DNA of 64,000 bases. Source: Nitrosopumilus sp. Its GTDB lineage: Archaea > Thermoproteota > Nitrososphaeria > Nitrososphaerales > Nitrosopumilaceae. Below are positions 9,186 through 18,631 of this stretch, piece after piece. Numbering within the stretch: the stretch's first letter is position 1; each line of letters starts with the position of its first letter. The notes beneath the pieces were generated by a model, which was given only the letters and a program-made list of their open reading frames with translations, had not been told where the DNA came from and made no database searches. Position numbers and translations under genes: made by a program. Where the stretch lies: positions 128,001 through 192,000 of the forward strand of contig OZ244650.1 in assembly GCA_965218785.1 (NCBI GenBank), given 5' to 3'.

Positions 9186-12080
9186 TTGATTTTGTATAGC
9201 GCCGCCACAGACAAACCGTCTCCACCTCCTGATACTGGAAAATTCATCAGATTGGGCATAATTGCCATTATAGGAGTCGTCATCTTTGCCCTGGCCGGAA
9301 ATCAGGCAGTAATCCTATCGATGAATTTTACCGAGTTTGGCGACCAGTTTACCAAACCGCTTTATTACACCCTTGTATCCTCGGTAATTCTTTCTGCGAT
9401 CGCACTAGTCCGCGTAAATATTCTTGGAAGATCCTCGATTATGTGGTATACAATTAACACGGCAATCAGGTTTGTCGGCAGCAGCGGACAGCAGCAGCCC
9501 GTCTCAAACAGCATTCCCAGCTTCCAGAATTACAAACTAAGTTCCATACAGTTTGTCCTCTGGCAGATTACCAAGATCCTGCTCTTTGGGGCATTCTTTG
9601 CAAACATCATGTTCGGATTTGCAGCAGTATCATTTATTGACGGCAACACCCTAGGAGTTGAAAACCTGCCCAAATTATTCTCCCTGCCGTTTGTAACTCC
9701 GGAGACTGATCCCAACTATGCAGCTGAAAACGTCGTCCCGCTGATTCCCGCGCTGCTGATACTGCTTCCGCCGGTACTAGGGGCAATCGGACTGCGTCTG
9801 ATTTTGTATGTCGGTATTCACAGATTTATCAATGTTATAACCTCCTTTGTTAAGGACTCTGATGAAGGCAAGCCCAGATATCTCAACTATGTCTCAACTA
9901 TCGAAGGAATAATCGGCATCGGTGTAATATGGGCGGGATTCAACCTCTTCTTTACTGACGAGATCGATTACAACACACGGTATGTGATCGGCGGCGTACT
10001 TGTAACTGGCTTTGCATTAATTGCATTCTCGGTAATTGACAGAATACGTGCACGCGTCCTGACCCACATGTTCAAGAGGGATGTATACATCAGAATACTG
10101 ACAATGGCAGTAATTGCAGTCATTGTACTGGGTGTTGTTTCTGTAAATAACAGCATTGCAGATGCAAAGAAGGTTGAATTTCTAGGACCTTATACGGCCC
10201 AACAAATCGGAGTTAACCGATATCTTGGCGAACTAAACGACATACAGGAGAACACACACGACGTGGAGCTGACATCAGTCTCGCCAAACAACATCCAGAA
10301 TTATGTGAACCAAAACAGCGATGTCTTGGATGTAATCCGGATCTGGGACTGGCAGGCAGCCTCCCTCAAATTAAAGCCTGAGATCGGACTGATTCCATAT
10401 GTTGACTTTGAGGACAATGACATTCTTCGTTTTAACAACACGCTGTATTGGACTGCCTCGATGAAGCCTATTTTGCCATCGTCAGTCAGCCTTGCCAACA
10501 CGTGGTATAACGAACATCTTGTTTACACCCACGTGCCAAACGGATTCCTTACTCTTGGGGCAACAGACGGCCAGATTGTCGATAGCAGTGAATTCTTCAA
10601 ACAAAGGGAGATCTACTACGGCGAGGGCGGATTATTTGAATTCGACGAGGAGGAGGATTTCTTTGATGATACGTGGTCTGCCTATCCCGAGTCGCGAATG
10701 CCTGAAACAAGCGCCGAGCTTGGAGGCGCGTTTTACTCCGGGACGGGAGGACTAGATGTCCTGCCACCATTAAGCTGGATCTTTGAACCCAACTTCCTGC
10801 TTTCATTTCCAACTGAATCCGTACACATCATGAGACACAGGGACGTCCACGACAGAATGGAGACGCTGTACCCCTACTTTTTGTATGATCTGTTTGGAAA
10901 GGAACTCGATTCCCTTCCAGTCACTGACGGCAAGGATTCATACTGGCTGGTTCCGCTTATTATCGGATTTGATACGCGTGATGTTCCGTGGTCCAATGGA
11001 AACCATTACCTGCGTTTGGTGGGTTACGCGCTTATAGATACGTACGATGGCGATATCCAGCTCTTAAAGACCGGGGATGATTTCTTCTCGGAGATGTTTG
11101 CCAGTCAGTATGCAGAGCAGTTCAAACCGATACCGGCATGGTTAGAAGAGCAGATCAGGTATCCTGTTGAACTCTTTAACTGGAAGACAGAGATGTACAA
11201 CATTTACCACGTCACTGATGCTGAGACGTTTATCCAGGCCAACGAATTCTATGAGATTCCAAGGGGTCTTGACACGTATTACGTTGAGGCAAAACCCCCG
11301 GGTTTTGAGCAGACAGAGTTTCTAGGACTGCTCTCCTTGGAGCTGAGGGGTTCACAGGGCAGAAACCTTGCCGGATACATGATAGTTGAAAATGATCTCG
11401 CTGATCTGGGAAACCTGCAGTTTTATGAGGTCCCGCTAAATTCCACGACCAAGCTGATAGGCCCCACCGCAGTCAGGGAGGCATTAGACCGGGATCCGGA
11501 GTTTGCCCAGCTAAACACCCTTTTGCGGGACCCCAGAATCGGTGATAATATTCTGTACCGCGTAGGTGATCATGATGTCTACTTTATTCCGGTGTATACT
11601 GCCGGTGCCGGGGGTGTTGTTGCACAGCTGGGTACCATCGCAGCAGTAGGTGCGGCATTTAACGGTGAATACTTTGTCGGACTAGGTGAGACGCAGGAGA
11701 AGGCCTTTGAGGCATATCTGAAAAAGGTTTCAGGTGTGGCATCAGCTGTAACTGCCGTTGATGATGCATATGTTGAACTAGAAAAGGATGACAGAATTGA
11801 CATTATTAAATCGGTGTTCCGGGAAAACGATATCATGATTGCCGAACCTACAACCGTCCAGGTTCCGCTGTTATTTAACGAGGGACAGCTGTTCTTCTTT
11901 ACTGAAAATGATCGTGAGGATACAATAGAGTTTCTGACTGCCTTTATTGATGACTTTGTAAAACCACGCAGCGACCGTGTATTTATCTGGCAGGAGGAGA
12001 CCAACCTTAACATCGGTACGGTATTTGTCAAAGATGACCTTCCTGAGATGCATTATATCTCAATAGAGGTAGGCAACTAA
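9186..12080 (+). CDS. UPF0182-family integral membrane protein
   Basis: Multiple N-terminal TM helices, then RIWD, HLVYTH, IYYGEG, IDTYDG and IRYP motifs. Confidence 0.85.
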   Translation: MILYSAATDKPSPPPDTGKFIRLGIIAIIGVVIFALAGNQAVILSMNFTEFGDQFTKPLYYTLVSSVILSAIALVRVNILGRSSIMWYTINTAIRFVGSSGQQQPVSNSIPSFQNYKLSSIQFVLWQITKILLFGAFFANIMFGFAAVSFIDGNTLGVENLPKLFSLPFVTPETDPNYAAENVVPLIPALLILLPPVLGAIGLRLILYVGIHRFINVITSFVKDSDEGKPRYLNYVSTIEGIIGIGVIWAGFNLFFTDEIDYNTRYVIGGVLVTGFALIAFSVIDRIRARVLTHMFKRDVYIRILTMAVIAVIVLGVVSVNNSIADAKKVEFLGPYTAQQIGVNRYLGELNDIQENTHDVELTSVSPNNIQNYVNQNSDVLDVIRIWDWQAASLKLKPEIGLIPYVDFEDNDILRFNNTLYWTASMKPILPSSVSLANTWYNEHLVYTHVPNGFLTLGATDGQIVDSSEFFKQREIYYGEGGLFEFDEEEDFFDDTWSAYPESRMPETSAELGGAFYSGTGGLDVLPPLSWIFEPNFLLSFPTESVHIMRHRDVHDRMETLYPYFLYDLFGKELDSLPVTDGKDSYWLVPLIIGFDTRDVPWSNGNHYLRLVGYALIDTYDGDIQLLKTGDDFFSEMFASQYAEQFKPIPAWLEEQIRYPVELFNWKTEMYNIYHVTDAETFIQANEFYEIPRGLDTYYVEAKPPGFEQTEFLGLLSLELRGSQGRNLAGYMIVENDLADLGNLQFYEVPLNSTTKLIGPTAVREALDRDPEFAQLNTLLRDPRIGDNILYRVGDHDVYFIPVYTAGAGGVVAQLGTIAAVGAAFNGEYFVGLGETQEKAFEAYLKKVSGVASAVTAVDDAYVELEKDDRIDIIKSVFRENDIMIAEPTTVQVPLLFNEGQLFFFTENDREDTIEFLTAFIDDFVKPRSDRVFIWQEETNLNIGTVFVKDDLPEMHYISIEVGN

Positions 12081-12620
12081 TTGCTTCTTGTTGTTGATAA
12101 CGGCTCTATTTACACAAAAAATTTAACTGATCTTTTAACCAGAAAAAATATCTCTTTTACAATAAAGACCCCCGACACGTTGGATCTTAACTCACTTTCA
12201 GATTATGATTCTGTAATATTATCTGGACGAAGAAAATACGAGAAAAAAATCAATCTAGTCAACTCCAAAGTTATTAATCACTCGATCAAATCCAACGTAA
12301 AATTACTGGGAATCTGTTATGGTGCGGAGATTCTGTCCCTTGCCCTGGGGGGGACAATTCGAAGAACCGCACCTCAAAAGGGCAACCAAACAGTTAGTGT
12401 CATACAAGAAAATCCAATCGCCTGTGATTCTTTGAAGGTCTTTGAAAGCCACGGATTTGAGATAGCCAAACTGCCTGGTACGCTGATCTCACTTGCAGAA
12501 TCTGAAAACTGCAGATATGAGATTATCCAGTATGAGAAAAAACCAATCTTTGGAACCCAGTTTCATCCCGAGATGAGTCTGGATGGCCATGATCTGATTG
12601 AAAAATTCTGCTCACTTTGA
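12081..12620 (+). CDS. Class I glutamine amidotransferase (stand-alone)
   Basis: GICYG nucleophile elbow and QFHPE motif. Confidence 0.88.
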   Translation: MLLVVDNGSIYTKNLTDLLTRKNISFTIKTPDTLDLNSLSDYDSVILSGRRKYEKKINLVNSKVINHSIKSNVKLLGICYGAEILSLALGGTIRRTAPQKGNQTVSVIQENPIACDSLKVFESHGFEIAKLPGTLISLAESENCRYEIIQYEKKPIFGTQFHPEMSLDGHDLIEKFCSL

Positions 12621-12653
12621 TTGATTTTAATAACTCCAAAGATTCCCTTGTTC

Positions 12654-13616
12654 ATGCAAGAAGAAGATCACGGGTTACTACTACCCATAGTTGATGAAGA
12701 AAACACATGTCTTCCATTACCGATTAACGTGGTGTCAAAATACTGGAACATCGAGCTGTCCATGTCCCAGGCTGTGGAGACTGCAAAAAAGTATTCGGGA
12801 TTTGAGGGAAGCATCATTATTGAGGGAATAGAGTCCGCTGAAAGACAGGGACTGACATGCAAGATACTCAACTCTTCTTTATCAGAATTAAAAAAGGTAA
12901 TTGATGCGGGCATGCCTCCAATCGTCATTCTTCCGGGAATTCCAGAGATCACGCAGCACGCATCTGTGATTACCGGGTATAACAACGAGGAAAAAACGAT
13001 TCTGCATTATGTTCAAAAAGGCAGTCAGAAGGGAGAACCACAGGAGGGGGCGATACCGCAGGATATCTTTGATAAGGAATGGTCCGAAGAGGGAAGACTG
13101 TTGATGGTGCTTGCACCATCTGATGTTATCTCTTCTGTAAATCTTGAAAACGATTCCGGTGAGAAATCAAACAGGCTGTGCTTTGCTTCTGAAAGATTCA
13201 ATATTTTAGGAGACGACTCTGCCGCACTTGAATCATTAAAACAGGCCATCGAGCTTGATCCAAACAACCAGACTGCGTTACATCTGCTAGGTGCTGTATT
13301 AAACGGGCAAAATTCCTCTGAATGCATAAAGTTTTATGAAAAGTGCCTGCAAATCAACAACAGATCATATCTGACCTGCAACGGTCTGGGAAATTTTTAT
13401 CTCAAATCAAACCAGTTTGAAAAGGCAGAAAAATATTACACCCGGGCCATTGACATCAATCCCAAAAGATCTGCTAAAATCTACAAAAACCGCGCTTATC
13501 TTAGGGAAAAGCAGAAGAGAAATTCTGATGCCAAAGATGATTTGAAAAATTATCTGAAATACTTTCCACGTGCCCCCGACAGGGGAGTAATAGAGCAGGC
13601 CATTAGAGAACTGTGA
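12654..13616 (+). CDS. C39-like peptidase domain plus TPR repeats
   Basis: N-terminal Cys (ENTCLP) and HASVITGY; C-terminal TPRs (QAIELDP, RAIDINP); ATG at 12654 preferred over TTG at 12621. Confidence 0.75.
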   Translation: MQEEDHGLLLPIVDEENTCLPLPINVVSKYWNIELSMSQAVETAKKYSGFEGSIIIEGIESAERQGLTCKILNSSLSELKKVIDAGMPPIVILPGIPEITQHASVITGYNNEEKTILHYVQKGSQKGEPQEGAIPQDIFDKEWSEEGRLLMVLAPSDVISSVNLENDSGEKSNRLCFASERFNILGDDSAALESLKQAIELDPNNQTALHLLGAVLNGQNSSECIKFYEKCLQINNRSYLTCNGLGNFYLKSNQFEKAEKYYTRAIDINPKRSAKIYKNRAYLREKQKRNSDAKDDLKNYLKYFPRAPDRGVIEQAIREL

Positions 13617-13690
13617 TGCGGAGTGCGGGATTTGAACCCGCGGCCTTCAGCTTGGGAAGCTGACGTCATACCAGACTAAACTAACTCCGC
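13617..13690 (-). tRNA. tRNA-Gly(CCC)
   Basis: Reverse complement GCGGAGT...TCAGC-TTCCCAA-GCTGA...GGTTCAAATCC...ACTCCGCA folds as a cloverleaf. Confidence 0.96.
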
Positions 13691-13969
13691 CCGCAGTTCT
13701 ATGACCTGCCCACTAATGATTTTTCTCTTTTAGATGGATTTGCTATCTGGCAGGCCTTTTTTGCGCACCATCCCAACTGTAAGAAACCAGAAAAGATTAG
13801 TTTGTGTGTATTTAATCCAACTTTGAAGAAATTAACGCAGGCAAGTTTTCAGATCATAATCCGATGTGTGATCATGCAGATCTGCTTATCTAACAGACAT
13901 AACAAACAGGAGAAAATGGGTACATAATTTAATAAACCTCCGAAAATCTATTCATACAGGAACGTTATA

Positions 13970-14128
13970 ATGAATCCAAATGAACCAATTGTCCTCACAG
14001 GTAAAAATGCAAGAGCGTTTGAAAAATATCAGAAAACAAAGGCTACGAAAAAAGAGATAGCATATTTCAAAAAGGCAGAAGAGTATTATCTTAGACACTC
14101 AAACCTGCAACTAGCCACAGGAAAATAA
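13970..14128 (+). CDS. Small basic hypothetical protein (52 aa), possibly antitoxin-like
   Basis: MNPNEPIVLTGKNARAFEKYQKTKATKKEIAYFKKAEEYYLRHSNLQLATGK read manually; AT-rich promoter-like sequence upstream. Confidence 0.5.
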   Translation: MNPNEPIVLTGKNARAFEKYQKTKATKKEIAYFKKAEEYYLRHSNLQLATGK

Positions 14129-14328
14129 TATAATTGCCACTATCTTACGTATTCATATATGTAGAGCGTTCCTGTTCAACGACTCCTGCAACTGTTCTTT
14201 TTAGGTAATCCCGAGTCTCAAGGTTATAGTTGATGCTTTTTTTCAAAAAATATTTGCAAATTAAAAAATCTACATGCGGCAGAAATAGTTAATGTGCAAA
14301 AAGGCTGACTGCCTGCTATTACACCATG

Positions 14329-15420
14329 CTATTTGGACAGGGAATCGGCAATTTCTTCTAACTGCCTCTTGATCTCCTTCTCAGTATCTTTTGCCGTATC
14401 TCTGATGGCTTCCGTAGATTTGTCAATATTGGTACACTGTAATTTGATTTTTCTCAAATCCACGATCTTTTGCTGGATCTCTGCTGTTTTTTCTAAAATC
14501 TTTGAAGCATCCACCGTCTTTTCTTTTGTAACCTCCAACCGTAATCTTGCCCTGGCCCATTTGTAGGCAATATGAATAATCTCACCATCAATCTTTGCAT
14601 CACCCTCACTGTTTTCCACTGCACATATCAGATGATTTCTGTCATATTCATTGAACCACCCAACATTTTTCGGAAGTGAATCTTTGTTTTTTGCAACAAA
14701 GATACCGTAATCAGCTTCCCTGTTCTCTATGGCCTCTTTCAATTCTTTATGAATCTCATTTTGAGAGATACTGCTCTTGTTTTTCATCTCAAAAACAATC
14801 TTCTTTCCAATATCTGCCAATGTCAAAACAAAATCACCCTTCTTTGAACCAGTTACTTTTCCCCTCGTGGTACTTGTTGCTTCTAATTTGTCGCCGTGAA
14901 TTCTTGCAATCCACTGTAGTTTGCTCTCACACTCAACCTCAAAATCCAATCCTTTTTTTGTCCCCCTCTCTTCAGATTCTTTGAGTTCCTCATTAATTCC
15001 AAGCTTCAGTTTTATCTGATCCAGATTCTCATCCAATTCCCTCTTTAGAGAATGCAGCGGACTTCCTTCGCGGTTTGGATTGAACAACTCTTTGATAATT
15101 TGACCGTCTTCTCCAAAATGATCTTTTATGACTTCAGAAAACTGACCCTTATCTCCAAACGCGGCATCTAATTTCTGTGAAAAATTTGAATCGAGATTTT
15201 CAAACGCCTTTTCAACATAACTCACATTCTCAGACGTGCCAATTGACCTGGTTACCGTGATTCCAATTCTTAGCAACTGCAATAATTTTTCCTCCAAATC
15301 CTGTGATTCACTCAAATTTTGAAAAAAAGTGACAACATCACTGTCACTAATCGTAAGATCACTCAGATACAGTTTGTCATCATTTAACACGATGTTGCTT
15401 TCCTGTTCTTTTGTGGCCAT
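14329..15420 (-). CDS. Coiled-coil protein with PD-(D/E)xK nuclease-like domain (DUF2130/RmuC-like)
   Basis: KGLDFE...KGDFV...IVFEMKN motif flanked by predicted coiled coils. Confidence 0.65.
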   Translation of the reverse strand: MATKEQESNIVLNDDKLYLSDLTISDSDVVTFFQNLSESQDLEEKLLQLLRIGITVTRSIGTSENVSYVEKAFENLDSNFSQKLDAAFGDKGQFSEVIKDHFGEDGQIIKELFNPNREGSPLHSLKRELDENLDQIKLKLGINEELKESEERGTKKGLDFEVECESKLQWIARIHGDKLEATSTTRGKVTGSKKGDFVLTLADIGKKIVFEMKNKSSISQNEIHKELKEAIENREADYGIFVAKNKDSLPKNVGWFNEYDRNHLICAVENSEGDAKIDGEIIHIAYKWARARLRLEVTKEKTVDASKILEKTAEIQQKIVDLRKIKLQCTNIDKSTEAIRDTAKDTEKEIKRQLEEIADSLSK

Positions 15421-15636
15421 GTAAGATCGATCTTTATTGTCTAGTATTTATTAGATCATGCATCCGAGGCAGATGTCAGTCTTTAAGAATAAACTCGTTC
15501 TTTTTTAGAATAATATCATCGGTACCTGCTGCATCTTGGCAGAGAAACAACCGGCTGAAACAAAGACCTGCCATCCAATAACTATTGTACCTACATCAAC
15601 AATTATGATTAAATATCTTGATTGATAAAACCATAC

Positions 15637-15810
15637 ATGGATGCAAAATGCCCCGAATGCTGTAAAGTAGCAGTCTTGGATGATGATGTCACAAAAGTAA
15701 AGTGCCCCCACTGCAACTTTGAGGCAGACTATGACGCCTATATCGAAATTATGAAGGACCAGGCAATCAACATGTCATCTGACTATATTCCAGACAGGTC
15801 CGGATTGTAA
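15637..15810 (+). CDS. Small zinc-ribbon protein
   Basis: CPEC and CPHC pairs; ATG at 15637. Confidence 0.75.
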   Translation: MDAKCPECCKVAVLDDDVTKVKCPHCNFEADYDAYIEIMKDQAINMSSDYIPDRSGL

Positions 15811-15814
15811 CTAA

Positions 15815-15937
15815 CTACCAATAACTCCCCTTGTCTGAGCAATCCAGATGGGATCCGCAGTTGGGACAGAACATGTGACAGGCCTGCATGTCGACCATCT
15901 TGCCATCGCACTTGGGACACCTGATCTCTTTTTCCAT
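15815..15937 (-). CDS. CPxCG-type zinc-finger microprotein (40 aa)
   Basis: MEKEIRCPKCDGKMVDMQACHMFCPNCGSHLDCSDKGSYW read manually; below the ORF-track cutoff. Confidence 0.7.
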   Translation of the reverse strand: MEKEIRCPKCDGKMVDMQACHMFCPNCGSHLDCSDKGSYW

Positions 15938-16011
15938 GCCTACCTTGGGACATCTTGATTTAAAAATAATGACCAAAGGTTAATTAGTCGTTCAATTTTT
16001 TTTCAGGATAC

Positions 16012-16425
16012 TTGGCTAACTTCAAACTTACCATCTCAGATATCAAGGGAAGATCCGTCTCAAAAGAACTCAAAGACAGTGATGCAAGCCCCCTGCTTGG
16101 ATTACAGCTGGGAAATCAGACTGATGCTGCAATTATAGGACTGGATGGAAATCTAAAACTCACGGGAGGAAGTGACAAGTCCGGCGTCCCCATGAGAAAC
16201 GACATTCACGGCGCGGCAAGAAAATACGTCCTGCTTTCAAAGGGAGTTGGTCTGCAGGATGCAGAAACCGGACAAAGAGTAAGAAAGTTAATGCGGGGAA
16301 ATACGGTATCAGAAGAAATCTATCAGATAAACTGCAAATTTGACGGCGAACTGCCAGCAGAAGCACCCACCGAAGATGCGGCAGCAGCATCCACGGAAGA
16401 AAAAGCTAAAGATAAAAAAGAATAG
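16012..16425 (+). CDS. rps6e: 30S ribosomal protein S6e
   Basis: LTGGSDKSGVPMR and RKLMRGN motifs; upstream of aIF2-gamma. Confidence 0.95.
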   Translation: MANFKLTISDIKGRSVSKELKDSDASPLLGLQLGNQTDAAIIGLDGNLKLTGGSDKSGVPMRNDIHGAARKYVLLSKGVGLQDAETGQRVRKLMRGNTVSEEIYQINCKFDGELPAEAPTEDAAAASTEEKAKDKKE

Positions 16426-16456
16426 CTTAACATATACCGATTTTATATTTTGACTC

Positions 16457-17719
16457 ATGCACTGGAGAGAAACACTTCCTGATTGGTACGTTAAAAAATA
16501 TGGATACCAACCATGTGTCAACATCGGGACTGCCGGTCACGTGGATCACGGAAAAACCACCCTCATCCAGGCATTAACTGGCTCGTGGACAAGCGTACAC
16601 AGCCAGGAATTAAAACGTGGAATCACCATACGCGTGGGATACTCTGATGCTGCGTTTTACAAATGTAAAAGCTGCGAGGAGCCATCCGGATATTCTACGA
16701 CTCCAAAGTGCAATAACTGTGGAAAAGAAAGCGAACTCTCGCGCGTTGTCAGTTTTGTAGACAGTCCCGGACACGAAAGTCTGATGGCAAACATGCTTTC
16801 AGGTTCTGCATTAATGGATGGCGCATTACTGCTAGTAGCTGCAAACGAAAAGGTTCCAAGACCGCAGACAAAGGAGCATCTTTTGGCGCTGCAAACACTT
16901 GGCATCCAGCAGATCGTGGTGGTTCAAAACAAAGTTGATCTGCTCTCCTACAAAGATACGATGGCCAATTATCAGGATATAACCAAGTTTGTAAAGGGAT
17001 CTTACGCCACAAAAGCACCCATAATTCCAATTTCAGCACAGTCTTCACTAAACATTGATGCGCTAATCGGCTCCATCGAGTCAACAATCCAAACTCCAAA
17101 GAGAAATGAAAAAAAAGACACCATCATGCATGTACTGCGGTCCTTTGATGTAAACAAGCCCGGTACAAAATTAAAAAATATCAGGGGGGGCGTAATTGGT
17201 GGAAGCCTGACTCAGGGCATATTCAACATCGGAGATGAAATTGAGATCAAACCAGGCATCATAAATGAGAAAAAAAAATTCTATGAACCCGTACTAACCC
17301 AAGTCACCTCGCTTGGAACTGCCGCTGGAATCGTCGAATCAGTAAAACCCGGCGGACTAGTTGCCATTGGAACAAAGCTGGATCCTGCAATGACTAGAAG
17401 TGATTCATTTATCGGCTCGGTGATTGGACGGCCCGGAACCCTTCCTGAAAATTCCACCCAGCTAAAACTGGAGACCACCCTGTTTGATTCGGCCGTGGGT
17501 GCAGCCGAGGATGTCAAGGTCCAGCCAATCCAGTCCGGGGAACTGCTCCGCCTGAACATTGGAACGGCACCCGTACTTGGCAAGGTCAACAAAATAAAAT
17601 CAAAGACCGTTGAAATTCAACTCAGAAGACCTGCATGCATCTTTGAGGGCGGAAACGTGGCAATCAGCAGAAAAATTACCGAAAGATGGAGACTAATTGG
17701 TGCGGGAATAGTTGGTTGA
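16457..17719 (+). CDS. eif2g: Translation initiation factor 2 gamma subunit
   Basis: GHVDHGKTT, RGITI, DSPGHE, NKVD, zinc knuckle, WRLIG C-terminus. Confidence 0.97.
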   Translation: MHWRETLPDWYVKKYGYQPCVNIGTAGHVDHGKTTLIQALTGSWTSVHSQELKRGITIRVGYSDAAFYKCKSCEEPSGYSTTPKCNNCGKESELSRVVSFVDSPGHESLMANMLSGSALMDGALLLVAANEKVPRPQTKEHLLALQTLGIQQIVVVQNKVDLLSYKDTMANYQDITKFVKGSYATKAPIIPISAQSSLNIDALIGSIESTIQTPKRNEKKDTIMHVLRSFDVNKPGTKLKNIRGGVIGGSLTQGIFNIGDEIEIKPGIINEKKKFYEPVLTQVTSLGTAAGIVESVKPGGLVAIGTKLDPAMTRSDSFIGSVIGRPGTLPENSTQLKLETTLFDSAVGAAEDVKVQPIQSGELLRLNIGTAPVLGKVNKIKSKTVEIQLRRPACIFEGGNVAISRKITERWRLIGAGIVG

Positions 17720-18080
17720 TGTAATCTGTGACACGAATTTTTTGATTCATCTGGCAACTAAAAGAATCAAAAATATTGACAATCTGGATGTGGAGATCGG
17801 CCAAATCCGTTTTGTCGTACCTCAAGTTGTAAAAAACGAGCTCATCGAACTAGAAAAAATCCCGGAAAAGACCGACAAAGTCAGATCAACTCTTAACTAC
17901 ATAAAAAACTTTGAAATAATTCCCATTTCCGGCAGATTTGCCGACAGGGAACTGCTGAATTACATCTCTGGGAACCGCTCCATTGTTGCCACAATGGATA
18001 AGGAGCTCAAAAGGCAGATCAAGAGTGCCGGCAGTTCCATAATGTCCTTTTCAAATGACAGAATAGTCCTGGAATCTTAG
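17712..18080 (+). CDS. PIN-domain protein (Fcf1/Utp24-like)
   Basis: CDTNFL, EL, AD and ATMDKEL PIN acidic motifs; usual position after aIF2-gamma. Confidence 0.85.
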   Translation: MVDVICDTNFLIHLATKRIKNIDNLDVEIGQIRFVVPQVVKNELIELEKIPEKTDKVRSTLNYIKNFEIIPISGRFADRELLNYISGNRSIVATMDKELKRQIKSAGSSIMSFSNDRIVLES

Positions 18081-18114
18081 AAAAATTTAACTTTGGGCGT
18101 TTCTAAATCATGAC

Positions 18115-18570
18115 ATGACCGGTCTTACCATGAAAAGCCAGGCATTTGAGAATGGCGGGGTAATCCCCAGAAAATACGGCTACAAAAACGGAAATCGTAG
18201 TCCTCCGTTAACCATCCACAACATTCCTGAAGACACATCGTCTCTTGCTGTTATAATGGATGATCCTGATGCCATGGGCGTTGCAGGCAAAGTCTGGGTG
18301 CACTGGGTTTTATGGAACGTCCCACCCGGTACTGCAGAACTCAAAGAGGATTCCGTTCCATCCGGCTGTCTTGAAGGCAAGACGGATTTTGGAGAGGTCA
18401 GTTACGGCGGACCTGCCCCGCCAGACAGGGAGCACACATACCACTTCAAACTATATGCGCTGGATCAGAAATTAGACATTGGTGCAGGCTCTACAAAAAA
18501 ACAGGTTGAGGCTGCCATGAACGGCCATATTCTTGCACAAGCCAGACTTGAGGGACGATATTCCCCATAG
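18115..18570 (+). CDS. YbhB/YbcL (PEBP/RKIP) family protein
   Basis: MDDPDA, WVHWVLWN, YGGPAPP, HTYHFKLYALD. Confidence 0.92.
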   Translation: MTGLTMKSQAFENGGVIPRKYGYKNGNRSPPLTIHNIPEDTSSLAVIMDDPDAMGVAGKVWVHWVLWNVPPGTAELKEDSVPSGCLEGKTDFGEVSYGGPAPPDREHTYHFKLYALDQKLDIGAGSTKKQVEAAMNGHILAQARLEGRYSP

Positions 18571-18631
18571 ATTCAAAAAATTATGATGTTTATACAAAGA
18601 GTAATAAACAAAGTTTTTTGAGAAAAAACAG

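Noticed and set aside
13617-15600. Island integrated into tRNA-Gly
   Set aside because: The accessory DNA lies on the 5' side of the minus-strand tRNA, with no att duplication or integrase
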